From positions 1-52,316 of the IMG/VR virus record IMGVR_UViG_3300037470_000717: a stretch of DNA of 52,316 nucleotides; one strand, 5' to 3'. The position numbers were made by a program, and so were the translations under genes. The notes below the pieces were generated by a model. It was not told where the DNA came from and made no database searches. It was given only the letters and a program-made list of their open reading frames with translations. This document shows positions 43,936-52,316 of the stretch, one piece after another. The stretch is from a virus (Duplodnaviria > Caudoviricetes). Position 1 is the stretch's first letter; every line of letters begins with the position of its first letter.

Positions 43936-44809
43936 TAAAAAGGCTAAGAAAAGACGCCTCCCCTATCTTTTGGACATCATTATACCGATATACGGGGAGT
44001 GGGATTTGGCCGAGCGCGCATTGGCGGCAGCTATTCCACAGGTCGAGGCGCTGAATATAAAGGCACGCTTCATTGTGGTAGACAATGGGTCTGGGCCGGT
44101 GCAACGCCCTCCGCTGGCGCCCGGCATGCCACTCCGAACATTGACCCCCAAAGAAGCGGCAGCCCCTATACGGGGGATGCTGCGTCCTACTGACGCATTT
44201 ACGCGCCTCGAACAAAATCAGGGGTTTCCCGGTGCGGTGAACTACGGAGTGAGCCGGGGAACTGCTCCCTATGTAATGATTCTATCAGCCGATATCCTAC
44301 TGCATGATGGCGCAATCGGTGTTTTGTTAAAGGAAATGGATAACGAAGACGTGGGAATTGTCGGAATGAAACTGCTGTTCCCACCTGACACTAAGAACGG
44401 CCCGCAAGGCATGATTCAGCATGCCGGTCAAGCCATCGATATTTCCGGGCAAATCATCCATATTTTCATTGGATGGCATCCTGACCATCCGAAAGTCAAC
44501 CAGCGCTGTGAGGTATCCAGCGTCACCGGGGGCGTCTTTATGACCCGGCGCTCCATATGGAACGATATCGGGGGCATGAATACAGCCTACGGCTCCGGCA
44601 CATACGAGGACGTGGAATATTGCATAGGCGTGCGCTTAAAATGTGGTAAGAAAGTCATTTACACACCGAACGCATCAGCGTACCATTATGTTGGAGGTAG
44701 TATCTCCCACGGCCAAAATAAGCAGGGGTTCGCCCTGTACCAGAATGCGCAGATATTTATGGCGCGCAACCTGAATCATCTGGAGTGGGACGACTACAAA
44801 AGACGTTAA
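43928..44809 (+). CDS. Glycosyltransferase family 2 (WbbL-like)
   Basis: IIIPIY, VVDNGS, NQGFPGAVNYG, IQHAG, YEDVEYC. Confidence 0.88.
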   Translation: MADKKAKKRRLPYLLDIIIPIYGEWDLAERALAAAIPQVEALNIKARFIVVDNGSGPVQRPPLAPGMPLRTLTPKEAAAPIRGMLRPTDAFTRLEQNQGFPGAVNYGVSRGTAPYVMILSADILLHDGAIGVLLKEMDNEDVGIVGMKLLFPPDTKNGPQGMIQHAGQAIDISGQIIHIFIGWHPDHPKVNQRCEVSSVTGGVFMTRRSIWNDIGGMNTAYGSGTYEDVEYCIGVRLKCGKKVIYTPNASAYHYVGGSISHGQNKQGFALYQNAQIFMARNLNHLEWDDYKRR

Positions 44810-45499
44810 GTGGAACCATTCTTCCATACCAGTCCGGTCGTTCTGACGGACGAAATCTTTTTTCAATATACACCTAACTTGCCCTATATCGGTACGTCCG
44901 ACCAGCGGCAGGCTGCTTATACTGCCGCTGAACAGGGGTTTATTGAGTTCGCTTTTTCCCCTATCTATCCGACGCAGATTTCCGGCACTTACCCATGGGG
45001 GAATAGCCCTGAACGCCTATTGCTCCGCATGGGCAATGTCATCAGTATCGATGCGGTTACAGCCATATCATTGGGAGGATGTAATTGCACCCTTTCGCGG
45101 GACGATGGTTGCGGGATTATTCTCAATGCGCGCTATGGCATTGTGAGTCTACGCCAAACAGAAGGCGCGTTCTACAGTAATTGTGGTCACGCCGGCGCAC
45201 CGTATCAGGCCGAAGTGGTTTATACGGCAGGTTTCCCCACAGGCGTAATTGCCAACGACCCTGCTTTGCATATGGCGCTTTCAATGGTGGCCGAAATCTA
45301 TCTTAACGAAATCGTTGACCCATCAGCCAATGAGGGCGGCCCCGGAGCGCCGGGAGTTACTGAATATTCCAGCCTTGGATATTCTGAAACACGTGGAAAA
45401 ATCGTGCCCAATGCGTGGGGCCAGACCGCGCGAACGCAATCAGCGGCTCTGATGGCTCGGCAGTATAAAGCCCCCAAGCGCGCGCTCCGGATGGGTTAG
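44810..45499 (+). CDS. Head-tail connector/adaptor protein
   Basis: First neck-position gene; VISIDAV..EVVYTAGF pattern typical of adaptors. Confidence 0.65.
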   Translation: MEPFFHTSPVVLTDEIFFQYTPNLPYIGTSDQRQAAYTAAEQGFIEFAFSPIYPTQISGTYPWGNSPERLLLRMGNVISIDAVTAISLGGCNCTLSRDDGCGIILNARYGIVSLRQTEGAFYSNCGHAGAPYQAEVVYTAGFPTGVIANDPALHMALSMVAEIYLNEIVDPSANEGGPGAPGVTEYSSLGYSETRGKIVPNAWGQTARTQSAALMARQYKAPKRALRMG

Positions 45500-45889
45500 A
45501 TGTCAAACCGCTGGAATGTTCGCATTCGCCAATGGCGCACCACGAACATGGGTGACGATGACTACGGGTCACCCGTAGTTTCAGGTGTATCGATACGCGA
45601 TAACATCGTGGGACGGTTCGCAGAAGACCGTCCGAACACGATGCTTCTCCAGCAGGGTGTGGAGACTGTTCGCACCGCTACGCTGGAAATCCATGCCCCG
45701 GACATCCTGTTGACCCTCGAAGAATCTGACCAGTTCGAGATTATCTTCCCCGAATATCACGAATATTATGGGGAACGCTGGCGCATGATTGCAAAAACGA
45801 CCCCGCAAACGCCGCAGGGACGCGTACAAGGAAAGCACTACCAATTAAAGGTGGTGCATATCGATACCAACCGGACGACGCAGGTCTAA
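45500..45889 (+). CDS. Head closure (stopper) protein
   Basis: Size and synteny; DDDYGSP near the N-terminus. Confidence 0.55.
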   Translation: MSNRWNVRIRQWRTTNMGDDDYGSPVVSGVSIRDNIVGRFAEDRPNTMLLQQGVETVRTATLEIHAPDILLTLEESDQFEIIFPEYHEYYGERWRMIAKTTPQTPQGRVQGKHYQLKVVHIDTNRTTQV

Positions 45890-45892
45890 TGG

Positions 45893-46399
45893 ATGGCACG
45901 CAATGTTACCCGGAAGTATGGGCGCAAAGAAACCGAAATGCGTATCGTTACCGGGATTATCAAAGGTCTTTATGCAGCCGGTCAGGTCGTCTCGCAGGAT
46001 GCCTCTGACCGGGCTCCAGTTGCGACCGGGCGTCTGGCCCGCAGCATCCATAGCACGTTCCCGGAAGAAATCGAGCCGCTGACCTTTGTGGTCTATGTGG
46101 GAACGAACGTAGAATATGCCCGTGCGCAGGAAATGGGTTCCGGTCTGTTTTCCGAAGACGCCACCCATATGCGGCTCATTGAAATCAAACCGGTCAACGC
46201 ACAGGCGTTGGCATTCAGTTGGCCGGGAGGGCCAACGGGACACTCGGCCTATGACCCCGAAACTGGCCTGTTCTTTTTCAAACGAGTGTTCCATCCCGGC
46301 GTCCCGGCCCAGCCCTACCTTCGCCCGGCGCTCCAGCATAACCGGGACTTGGTACGCCGCATGATTTTGCAAGCTATAGTGAACGAGATGAGACGATGA
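45893..46399 (+). CDS. HK97 gp10-like neck/tail component
   Basis: APVATGRLARSI, VGTNVEYARAQEMG, HPGVPAQPYLRPAL. Confidence 0.85.
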   Translation: MARNVTRKYGRKETEMRIVTGIIKGLYAAGQVVSQDASDRAPVATGRLARSIHSTFPEEIEPLTFVVYVGTNVEYARAQEMGSGLFSEDATHMRLIEIKPVNAQALAFSWPGGPTGHSAYDPETGLFFFKRVFHPGVPAQPYLRPALQHNRDLVRRMILQAIVNEMRR

Positions 46400-46854
46400 C
46401 AAATGTAGTTGCCCAAGGCGTAACAAATGATGAATTACAACGGGCTGTAATCGCCAAGTTGAAAGCCGATACCGCCCTGACCGCAGAACTTTCTTCTGCC
46501 GACCAAGTCAAGGAAGACCAATATTCGGGCACGGTTTTTACCTATCCCGCTGTGCGTGTCGATATCCAGCGCCTCGACGCACGTAGCGAAACCGAGCCAT
46601 GTGACCTTTATGTCGCAATATTTACGGTACGCACTTATGCGCAGGGGGCTGGGTCTGCCCCTGCGGATTCACTTGCTGGACTGGTAAGAAATTCGTTGCA
46701 TCGGCAGGCAATAGGCAGTACAGTAGCGGCAAATCTCGCGTTCCGCATGGAACGTATCCTGTTGACGGGCCTTTTGGCGGCAAATCGTACACAGGAACAT
46801 ATCTGGATGGCAGCCGCCATGTTTCAGGCCAATGTCTATCCGACCAGCTATTAG
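46396..46854 (+). CDS. Tail terminator protein (DUF3168-like)
   Basis: LQRAVIAKLKADTAL, YPAV; synteny. Confidence 0.65.
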   Translation: MTNVVAQGVTNDELQRAVIAKLKADTALTAELSSADQVKEDQYSGTVFTYPAVRVDIQRLDARSETEPCDLYVAIFTVRTYAQGAGSAPADSLAGLVRNSLHRQAIGSTVAANLAFRMERILLTGLLAANRTQEHIWMAAAMFQANVYPTSY

Positions 46855-46862
46855 GATTGCGC

Positions 46863-47198
46863 ATGTTTAAAGAACCGGCACGCAAAAATAAAGAAGATGA
46901 TAGTGCAGAGGTGCCATCAGGCAAAGAAGAAGTTGTCGTTAAAGAAGAAGTCTTTGTCAAAGAACCTGATAAGTCTGCATTAAAAAGTAATGTCGGTACG
47001 CGGCGCGCAACCCTTGTGTATCCGGGGCGCGTGCTGATTAAGGGAACTCCATCTGGCACCGAATATGACTTTCGAGGTATTGGTGCGCAATTGGATGTGA
47101 AAATCGAAGACGTGGAATATTTGTCCTCCCGCATGTACGGCGGCGGGTGTTGTGGTTCCACTAACAAAGCCCGTCCGTACGTTGAATTCGAGCAATAA
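46863..47198 (+). CDS. Small protein with GGCCG motif (paralog-like to 31966-32379)
   Basis: YDF..VKIEDVEYL..GGGCCG. Confidence 0.6.
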   Translation: MFKEPARKNKEDDSAEVPSGKEEVVVKEEVFVKEPDKSALKSNVGTRRATLVYPGRVLIKGTPSGTEYDFRGIGAQLDVKIEDVEYLSSRMYGGGCCGSTNKARPYVEFEQ

Positions 47199-47211
47199 GG
47201 AGTAGAAACCC

Positions 47212-47832
47212 ATGGGACTCGTTACAGGTGTTCCGCAGGGCGTAATCACCGAACAATCCGAGGTTTACCTCGAAGGTGCGCCCTACATCTATTATCAAGA
47301 ACTTCCGGCCACTCCGTTGTGGAACCCGGATGGTGACGGTTATTACTGGGGCATTTCTGGTACGTCAGTCGAACTGGCGTGCTATGAAGATGTCCAGTTG
47401 AGCGAAGACGTGACCGTAAACGCCATCCGCTGCGACAAGACAGGTGACGCGGCTGTAATCCAGAAACGTAACTATCTGGAACTGTCGCTGACCCTGTCGA
47501 ACCTGCTGCCGCTCTCGACCATTGCGCCCATCCTTAAATCCGGTTCGGACGTGTTAACATCCGCCCCATTTGAGAAAATGGGCATCGGCACCATCGACAA
47601 CAACATGTTTTATCGGGTCTGGTTGCCGAAGGTCTATGACGCGGACGCGTTTGACTTCGTCACCATGACTTTGCACCGGTGCCAGTTCATCAACCCCTTC
47701 AACATAACGATGCGGGCTGGACAGCAATGGCAAATCGGCGGCATCAACATCCGGGCGTTTGCGGACGCCGATTTGCCGGATGCGCAGAAGTTCGCTACTG
47801 TCATCCGCTACGACCCGTCACTGATTACCTAA
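47212..47832 (+). CDS. Major tail tube protein
   Basis: AAGGAG RBS; 206 aa; high-expression codon bias; position before chaperones and tape measure. Confidence 0.7.
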   Translation: MGLVTGVPQGVITEQSEVYLEGAPYIYYQELPATPLWNPDGDGYYWGISGTSVELACYEDVQLSEDVTVNAIRCDKTGDAAVIQKRNYLELSLTLSNLLPLSTIAPILKSGSDVLTSAPFEKMGIGTIDNNMFYRVWLPKVYDADAFDFVTMTLHRCQFINPFNITMRAGQQWQIGGINIRAFADADLPDAQKFATVIRYDPSLIT

Positions 47833-47840
47833 TCTGACGG

Positions 47841-48515
47841 ATGCAATCCACGGTCACCTTGGCCGGGCATGAGTACCCAGTTGCTCGTGCCCGGCTTAAG
47901 TTGTATCTGGAATTGCAGGTAGCCAAACAAAAAATCCATAAAGCTGCGGCAGCCTATGACGGGGGTGGGATTGCCGACAGCTTTTTTGATTATTTGCAGA
48001 CCTGCATTCCTGACCTCTCCAGACCCACATTTAATAGTGTGTCATGGTTGGAGATATTTTCCTGTTTTGCTACCATCGAGAATATTAACCAGATACCCAA
48101 ACGCACCCAGTTCTCCATCCTGAACGTGTATGCTGAAAGCAAGGAAGATAAAGGGGAACCGTGGGATTATTCAGACCGCTTTCTGTTCTTGTGGCCGCAT
48201 ATCATCGCCCGTTCCTATCATTGGAGCCTTGGCGATATTCACGAACTCTGGCCCGAACAGGCGGTTGCGTTCGTTCAGGAGATACTGGCCTCCGATTATT
48301 ATGAGATGTCTTTTCAACACCGCATGGCCGAAACCTCGTACAGCCACAGCAAGGATGGCAAAGTAACTTATAACGAACTGCCAAAACCGGGATGGATGAC
48401 CGAACAGCGAAAAGGACGACGGGGATATACGCCGCCCCATTTGAAACCGGTCGGGCTTATTATCAAGGCACATAATGATGAGGAAACTAACGAGGGAGAG
48501 ACAAATGCAGATTAG
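47841..48515 (+). CDS. Probable tail assembly chaperone
   Basis: Synteny between tail tube and tape measure; helical. Confidence 0.5.
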   Translation: MQSTVTLAGHEYPVARARLKLYLELQVAKQKIHKAAAAYDGGGIADSFFDYLQTCIPDLSRPTFNSVSWLEIFSCFATIENINQIPKRTQFSILNVYAESKEDKGEPWDYSDRFLFLWPHIIARSYHWSLGDIHELWPEQAVAFVQEILASDYYEMSFQHRMAETSYSHSKDGKVTYNELPKPGWMTEQRKGRRGYTPPHLKPVGLIIKAHNDEETNEGETNAD

Positions 48516-48843
48516 TCCACCTCTCCCGATGAACATTAATGAATCTATCGAAGCCGCTAAAATTCTAGTGCCTTACCGGAAAACGTTACGCGATATGGAT
48601 GACCAAAAAGCCGGGCTGGTTGTTAACGCCTTGCTCAAAAAGGCACAAGAGAATAAAACAGAGGCAGACATCATGCGATTAGCGTCTTATATGTTCCATA
48701 AGGACGTGGAAGCGCTTGCGCAGGATATGCGTGACGAGCCCGGCGTAACGCTGGCCTTGATGCTTTTAACGGGGTTCGGGGTCAACCCTCTGGGAACGTT
48801 GCTGGAATTTTCAACCTATCTTTTTGTATTTGATGTGGAGTAG
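48505..48843 (+). CDS. Probable second tail assembly chaperone / hypothetical
   Basis: GAGGGAG RBS; immediately before the tape measure gene. Confidence 0.5.
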   Translation: MQISPPLPMNINESIEAAKILVPYRKTLRDMDDQKAGLVVNALLKKAQENKTEADIMRLASYMFHKDVEALAQDMRDEPGVTLALMLLTGFGVNPLGTLLEFSTYLFVFDVE

Positions 48844-48846
48844 TCC

Positions 48847-51519
48847 ATGCTTCCGGGTGCCAACGACCCAATTGAAGAACTATCCGTTTCTCTGGTAGCG
48901 AATGCCAGTGATTTCCTGAACGGCATTGAAGAATCGCTTGAACAGGGTATCGAAAGTTTAGATGAATTCGCTGACCAATGGCGTGACGATATGGGGGAAC
49001 TCGCGGAATGGCAGCAACAATTAGGTCTTTCTTTTAACATGGAAATGGGCCTCCACGATGGCGATTTTGCAGAATCCATGCAGGCGGTTATCAACGCCAA
49101 TCGTCAGGTCGTCGATAGCCTCAATGTAAGCGAAGCGGAAATCCTCGCCTATGCCGAGGCCATGCAATCGCAGGTAGCGCCCATGGTGGAGGACGCCTAT
49201 ACTCGCATTGCGGATGCGGCAGCCGAGGCTGGGATTGTAATTGACCGGGAAGCGGAAAACCTTATTCGCCGGGAACTCGAATTCGCGGCCACTTCCCGCG
49301 ACACGCTCCCGGAAGCCGAGCAGCATATCAGTAACCTGACCGATGAAATCATTGCCACGATGCCCGAAGCCTCCCAAAAAGCCAATGAATTTGATAATGC
49401 GATGAAACAGTTGGGGGCCGGGCTGCTCAACTTATTCGGCGTAGTCGGGATTGCCGCATTGGTCACTACCGCCCTCCGTGACCTTCAACGCTTCTTTACG
49501 GTCGGAACGGAAATGGCAATCGAAAGTACGGCAGCCTTCCGGGAATTCGAGATACAGATACGCCGTCTCCAGCGCACGTTGGGTGATGGCGCCGGAACGA
49601 TTTCCGATTGGGAGCAATTCGCCGAAACCTTGTCTGATGAATTCGGTACTGACCGGCGCGAGAACCTTGCCCAAATCACGGATGTGCTCTCACGTCTGAC
49701 CGGGGAATTGCGCCTGAACGCGGAACAGATGCAGCAGGTCATTCGCGCCGGCCAGATTTACGACGCCGTCAATGGGGATATTCAGAACTCGGCTGAAAGG
49801 CTGGCGCGTTTTGTGCAGGGCGGTCAGGTCGAATCACTGCGTAATTTGGGTGTTTCTTACAATGAGGCACTGGTTGAAGCGGCCAAGTTTGAACTGGGCA
49901 TCACCAAAGCCACGGAGGAAATGACCGAGCAGGAGGAAATGCTCGTGCGTTTGCAGGTGGTGATGACGCAGGCTAATCAACTGGCGGGGGACGCGGCCAG
50001 CGTTCAGGACACGCTGGCCGGGCGTATGGACAATGTCAATCAGCGCCTTGCTGAAAACCAACTCCAATGGGGGAATTTCCTCGCTATTCCGTGGGTGGGC
50101 GTTCAGGAAATCTTCCTGCAAGTGTCCGACGCGGTACTGAATCTGTCTCGCATTCTGGTGGTTCTTTCCCTTCAATGGGTGGCATTCTGGTTTGCCATGG
50201 GCGCAGGATTACAGGAAGGCGCGCGACAACTCAAAGGCTTTTTGAGCGCTGGGGATGACTTTTCCATCGATTCTATTACGGGAGCCTTTGAAGGCGGGAT
50301 GGAAGAAGCTCTAGGTATCGTCAGCCAGATAGCAGATGCTATGATGGGGAAATTTGGGGAATTGGGAGACGTGTCTGCCGAGGAATTGGGGTCTATCGGG
50401 ATGGCGGCGGATGACATGTCCCAGAACGTCCAAGAGGCTTTTGAAAAAGCCAGCGATGCCTTGGATGACGCGATTGCGCGTTGGGAGGAAGGATTGGCCC
50501 GTGCCCGGCAATCCTTAGAAGACAAGCTGGCGGATATTTTCACGGATGCAGCCCGGCGCCGCGAAGACCTTGAAACCGACCTGCAACGCGACCTCGCTGA
50601 TATGGAACGGGATGCCCAGCGCGATAAGATACAGGCAGTTGAAGAAGCCCAGCAAGATGAATTGAATCTGCGTGAAGAATTCATGCGCGATATGCGCGAC
50701 CTTGAAGACAGGTACCTGATGGACTTGGAGGATGCGCTTCGTGACCGGGACGCACGGCGCGTTCTGGAATTGCTCCGCCGCATGAACGACGAAAAGCAGA
50801 AGCGAACTGATGACTTTGAGTTACGGCGCAGCCAGCGCAAAGAGGAACTAAAAGAGGAATTAGAGGATATTGATGAGAACTTGGACTTTCAGCGCAAAAT
50901 GCGGCGGCAGGCTTTCCAGCGCGAATTGCAAGACCTTGCGCAGCAGACCCAGCGTCGTATCGCGGACGCCCATCTTTCTTATCAGCGGCAGCTACGCGAC
51001 CTCCAGCGCTCAATTGAAACCCGGTTGCGTCTGGTGGCCGAAGGTCTAACGAAAGAACTGCAACTGAACCAAAGCGGCCTCGAAACCCTTTATCAAATGC
51101 TCAACCAAGCCTACGGCTCCGGTGGTTGGGTGGAAGCCTTTTACCTGCGGTATATGACAATGCTGGCCTATATGGGGAGTAGCGGCCCAACATCCGGCTA
51201 TGTATCCTCCGGCTCCAGCGGCGGCTTTGGGTCTGGAACGGCGGGGCGCAATGTGTCAGCCTACGCACGTGGTGCGGTAGACATGCTTGTGACCCAACCA
51301 CAAACAATACAGGTGGGTGAGCAGCCCGAACTTATTAACATTGTGCCCTTGAACCGGGGAAGTGGATTACCAAAAGCTGGCTTCGGGTCACGGCGGGGGG
51401 GCAACGACCGCATCGAATTGCGTGTAACGGTCGAGGAAGGGCTGAAAGCCCAAATCATCGATAACACCATGGGTGAAGTGGCTGATATTATGACCCGCGT
51501 ACAACGGAAGGGTGCTTAG
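48847..51519 (+). CDS. Tail tape measure protein
   Basis: 890-aa helical/coiled-coil protein with hydrophobic segments; IEELSVSLVANASDF start; YARGA...QVGEQPELINIVPL end. Confidence 0.88.
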   Translation: MLPGANDPIEELSVSLVANASDFLNGIEESLEQGIESLDEFADQWRDDMGELAEWQQQLGLSFNMEMGLHDGDFAESMQAVINANRQVVDSLNVSEAEILAYAEAMQSQVAPMVEDAYTRIADAAAEAGIVIDREAENLIRRELEFAATSRDTLPEAEQHISNLTDEIIATMPEASQKANEFDNAMKQLGAGLLNLFGVVGIAALVTTALRDLQRFFTVGTEMAIESTAAFREFEIQIRRLQRTLGDGAGTISDWEQFAETLSDEFGTDRRENLAQITDVLSRLTGELRLNAEQMQQVIRAGQIYDAVNGDIQNSAERLARFVQGGQVESLRNLGVSYNEALVEAAKFELGITKATEEMTEQEEMLVRLQVVMTQANQLAGDAASVQDTLAGRMDNVNQRLAENQLQWGNFLAIPWVGVQEIFLQVSDAVLNLSRILVVLSLQWVAFWFAMGAGLQEGARQLKGFLSAGDDFSIDSITGAFEGGMEEALGIVSQIADAMMGKFGELGDVSAEELGSIGMAADDMSQNVQEAFEKASDALDDAIARWEEGLARARQSLEDKLADIFTDAARRREDLETDLQRDLADMERDAQRDKIQAVEEAQQDELNLREEFMRDMRDLEDRYLMDLEDALRDRDARRVLELLRRMNDEKQKRTDDFELRRSQRKEELKEELEDIDENLDFQRKMRRQAFQRELQDLAQQTQRRIADAHLSYQRQLRDLQRSIETRLRLVAEGLTKELQLNQSGLETLYQMLNQAYGSGGWVEAFYLRYMTMLAYMGSSGPTSGYVSSGSSGGFGSGTAGRNVSAYARGAVDMLVTQPQTIQVGEQPELINIVPLNRGSGLPKAGFGSRRGGNDRIELRVTVEEGLKAQIIDNTMGEVADIMTRVQRKGA

Positions 51520-51879
51520 ATGACCTACAAATTGAATGAAGGGGAGATTTGCCCCAGTGATTTCCAGTGGCTCCCCCGTGAAACGATAGGCGTCAGCGGT
51601 GAAGGTCGCCCGATATATCCTGCGACACGTTCGGTAGAACTACGCTGGGAGTTCTCCAGTTTTGGGGAATGGGCGGCTGCACAGGTGGCCTTTAATGCCA
51701 ATAGTTTTACCGGCATGTCTTCGATTACCATTCCGAATTTCCCAACCGCAACCGGGTCGGTCTACGCCTTCAAGACCTACACGGGTGTTTTTATCCACGA
51801 GCCCGAATTGGGTTCCCCATTCTTTGCCGGGTTCCCCTCCGACATGGTCATTCTTGTTTCTAACATTCCGGTGGAATAA
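51520..51879 (+). CDS. Distal tail (Dit-like) protein
   Basis: Small beta-rich ORF directly after the tape measure gene. Confidence 0.55.
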   Translation: MTYKLNEGEICPSDFQWLPRETIGVSGEGRPIYPATRSVELRWEFSSFGEWAAAQVAFNANSFTGMSSITIPNFPTATGSVYAFKTYTGVFIHEPELGSPFFAGFPSDMVILVSNIPVE

Positions 51880-52316
51880 TGGTAGCGACCCCGGCCCAAC
51901 TCACATCCCTGCGCACGCAGCCTCATCGAACACAGGTCTTTATGGGTGTTTACAAGCCCAAGACCGTATGTGCCATGCAAATCAATCAGGCTGGCATCTC
52001 GAAGGGCGCGCGCCAAATCACGGTCACTGTTTTGAGTGGGGCGATTACCAATATCGAGCGCGGAATGACCTGTTATATAAGTCCGACCCAACAGGGTGGC
52101 CGTGACCCGGATTATATCGATAAGCGTTTACGGGCCATCAGCGGCTCTGGAACCACCCTGACACTGGCTGAAAATGATGTGGATTGGGTGAATGGCTGGT
52201 ATCTCACCGTGGTCGACCTGCGGGAGCCGTGGGCTAAATTCCCCCTCATCACGTTGAGTGCCAATAACGTCCCGTCATTTTTCAAGGACTATGACCAGAC
52301 CTACGCTGGGGAACAT
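51879..52316 (+). CDS. Partial tail-tip/baseplate protein MVATPAQLTSLRTQPHRTQV... (runs off window)
   Basis: TAATG overlap; open to the window end; synteny. Confidence 0.6.
   Translation, partial: MVATPAQLTSLRTQPHRTQVFMGVYKPKTVCAMQINQAGISKGARQITVTVLSGAITNIERGMTCYISPTQQGGRDPDYIDKRLRAISGSGTTLTLAENDVDWVNGWYLTVVDLREPWAKFPLITLSANNVPSFFKDYDQTYAGEH

Noticed and set aside
47841-48846. Programmed frameshift in the tail chaperones
   Set aside because: No XXXYYYZ slippery heptamer seen near the junction, and the second ORF has its own RBS
9714-51522. In-frame abutting genes (9716/9717, 44809/44810, 45499/45500, 48843/48847, 51519/51520) as stop-codon recoding
   Set aside because: All three stop types are involved, each downstream gene has its own start, and conserved genes are intact in code 11
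1-52316. tRNA, integrase/att, transposase, or reverse transcriptase (DGR/retron)
   Set aside because: No cloverleaf or catalytic motifs recognised by eye; tRNAscan and HMM searches would be needed to exclude them fully

Overview
52 kb of a tailed dsDNA phage (siphovirus-like gene set). No integrase, replicative polymerase, tRNA, rRNA or CRISPR array is visible. From left to right: (1) a leftward module with a signal-peptide lytic transglycosylase and putative virion proteins (1-2 kb); (2) an origin-like block of helically phased repeats (3.4-3.7 kb); (3) an accessory operon with a HAD phosphatase, an N6/N4 DNA methyltransferase, an MmcB-like nuclease, a T4 Rnl1-like RNA ligase and a C5 methyltransferase with a nested second-frame ORF; (4) candidate small RNAs; (5) terminase and a portal-MuF fusion; (6) an 8-9 kb accessory block inside the head module, where four unrelated proteins share an Arg-preceded 20-aa Gly/His N-terminal tag and the block encodes JAB, ADP-ribosyltransferase, 2H-phosphoesterase and metallophosphoesterase domains; (7) protease/scaffold and major capsid; (8) two counter-oriented islands driven by a duplicated promoter; (9) a ~12 kb CDP-dideoxysugar biosynthesis cluster with six glycosyltransferases, inserted between capsid and neck genes; (10) neck, tail tube, tape measure and the start of the tail-tip genes. 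The best candidates for novel biology are the tagged putative capsid-cargo effector family and the virion-glycosylation island. All family calls come from motif recognition by eye, with no database searches.
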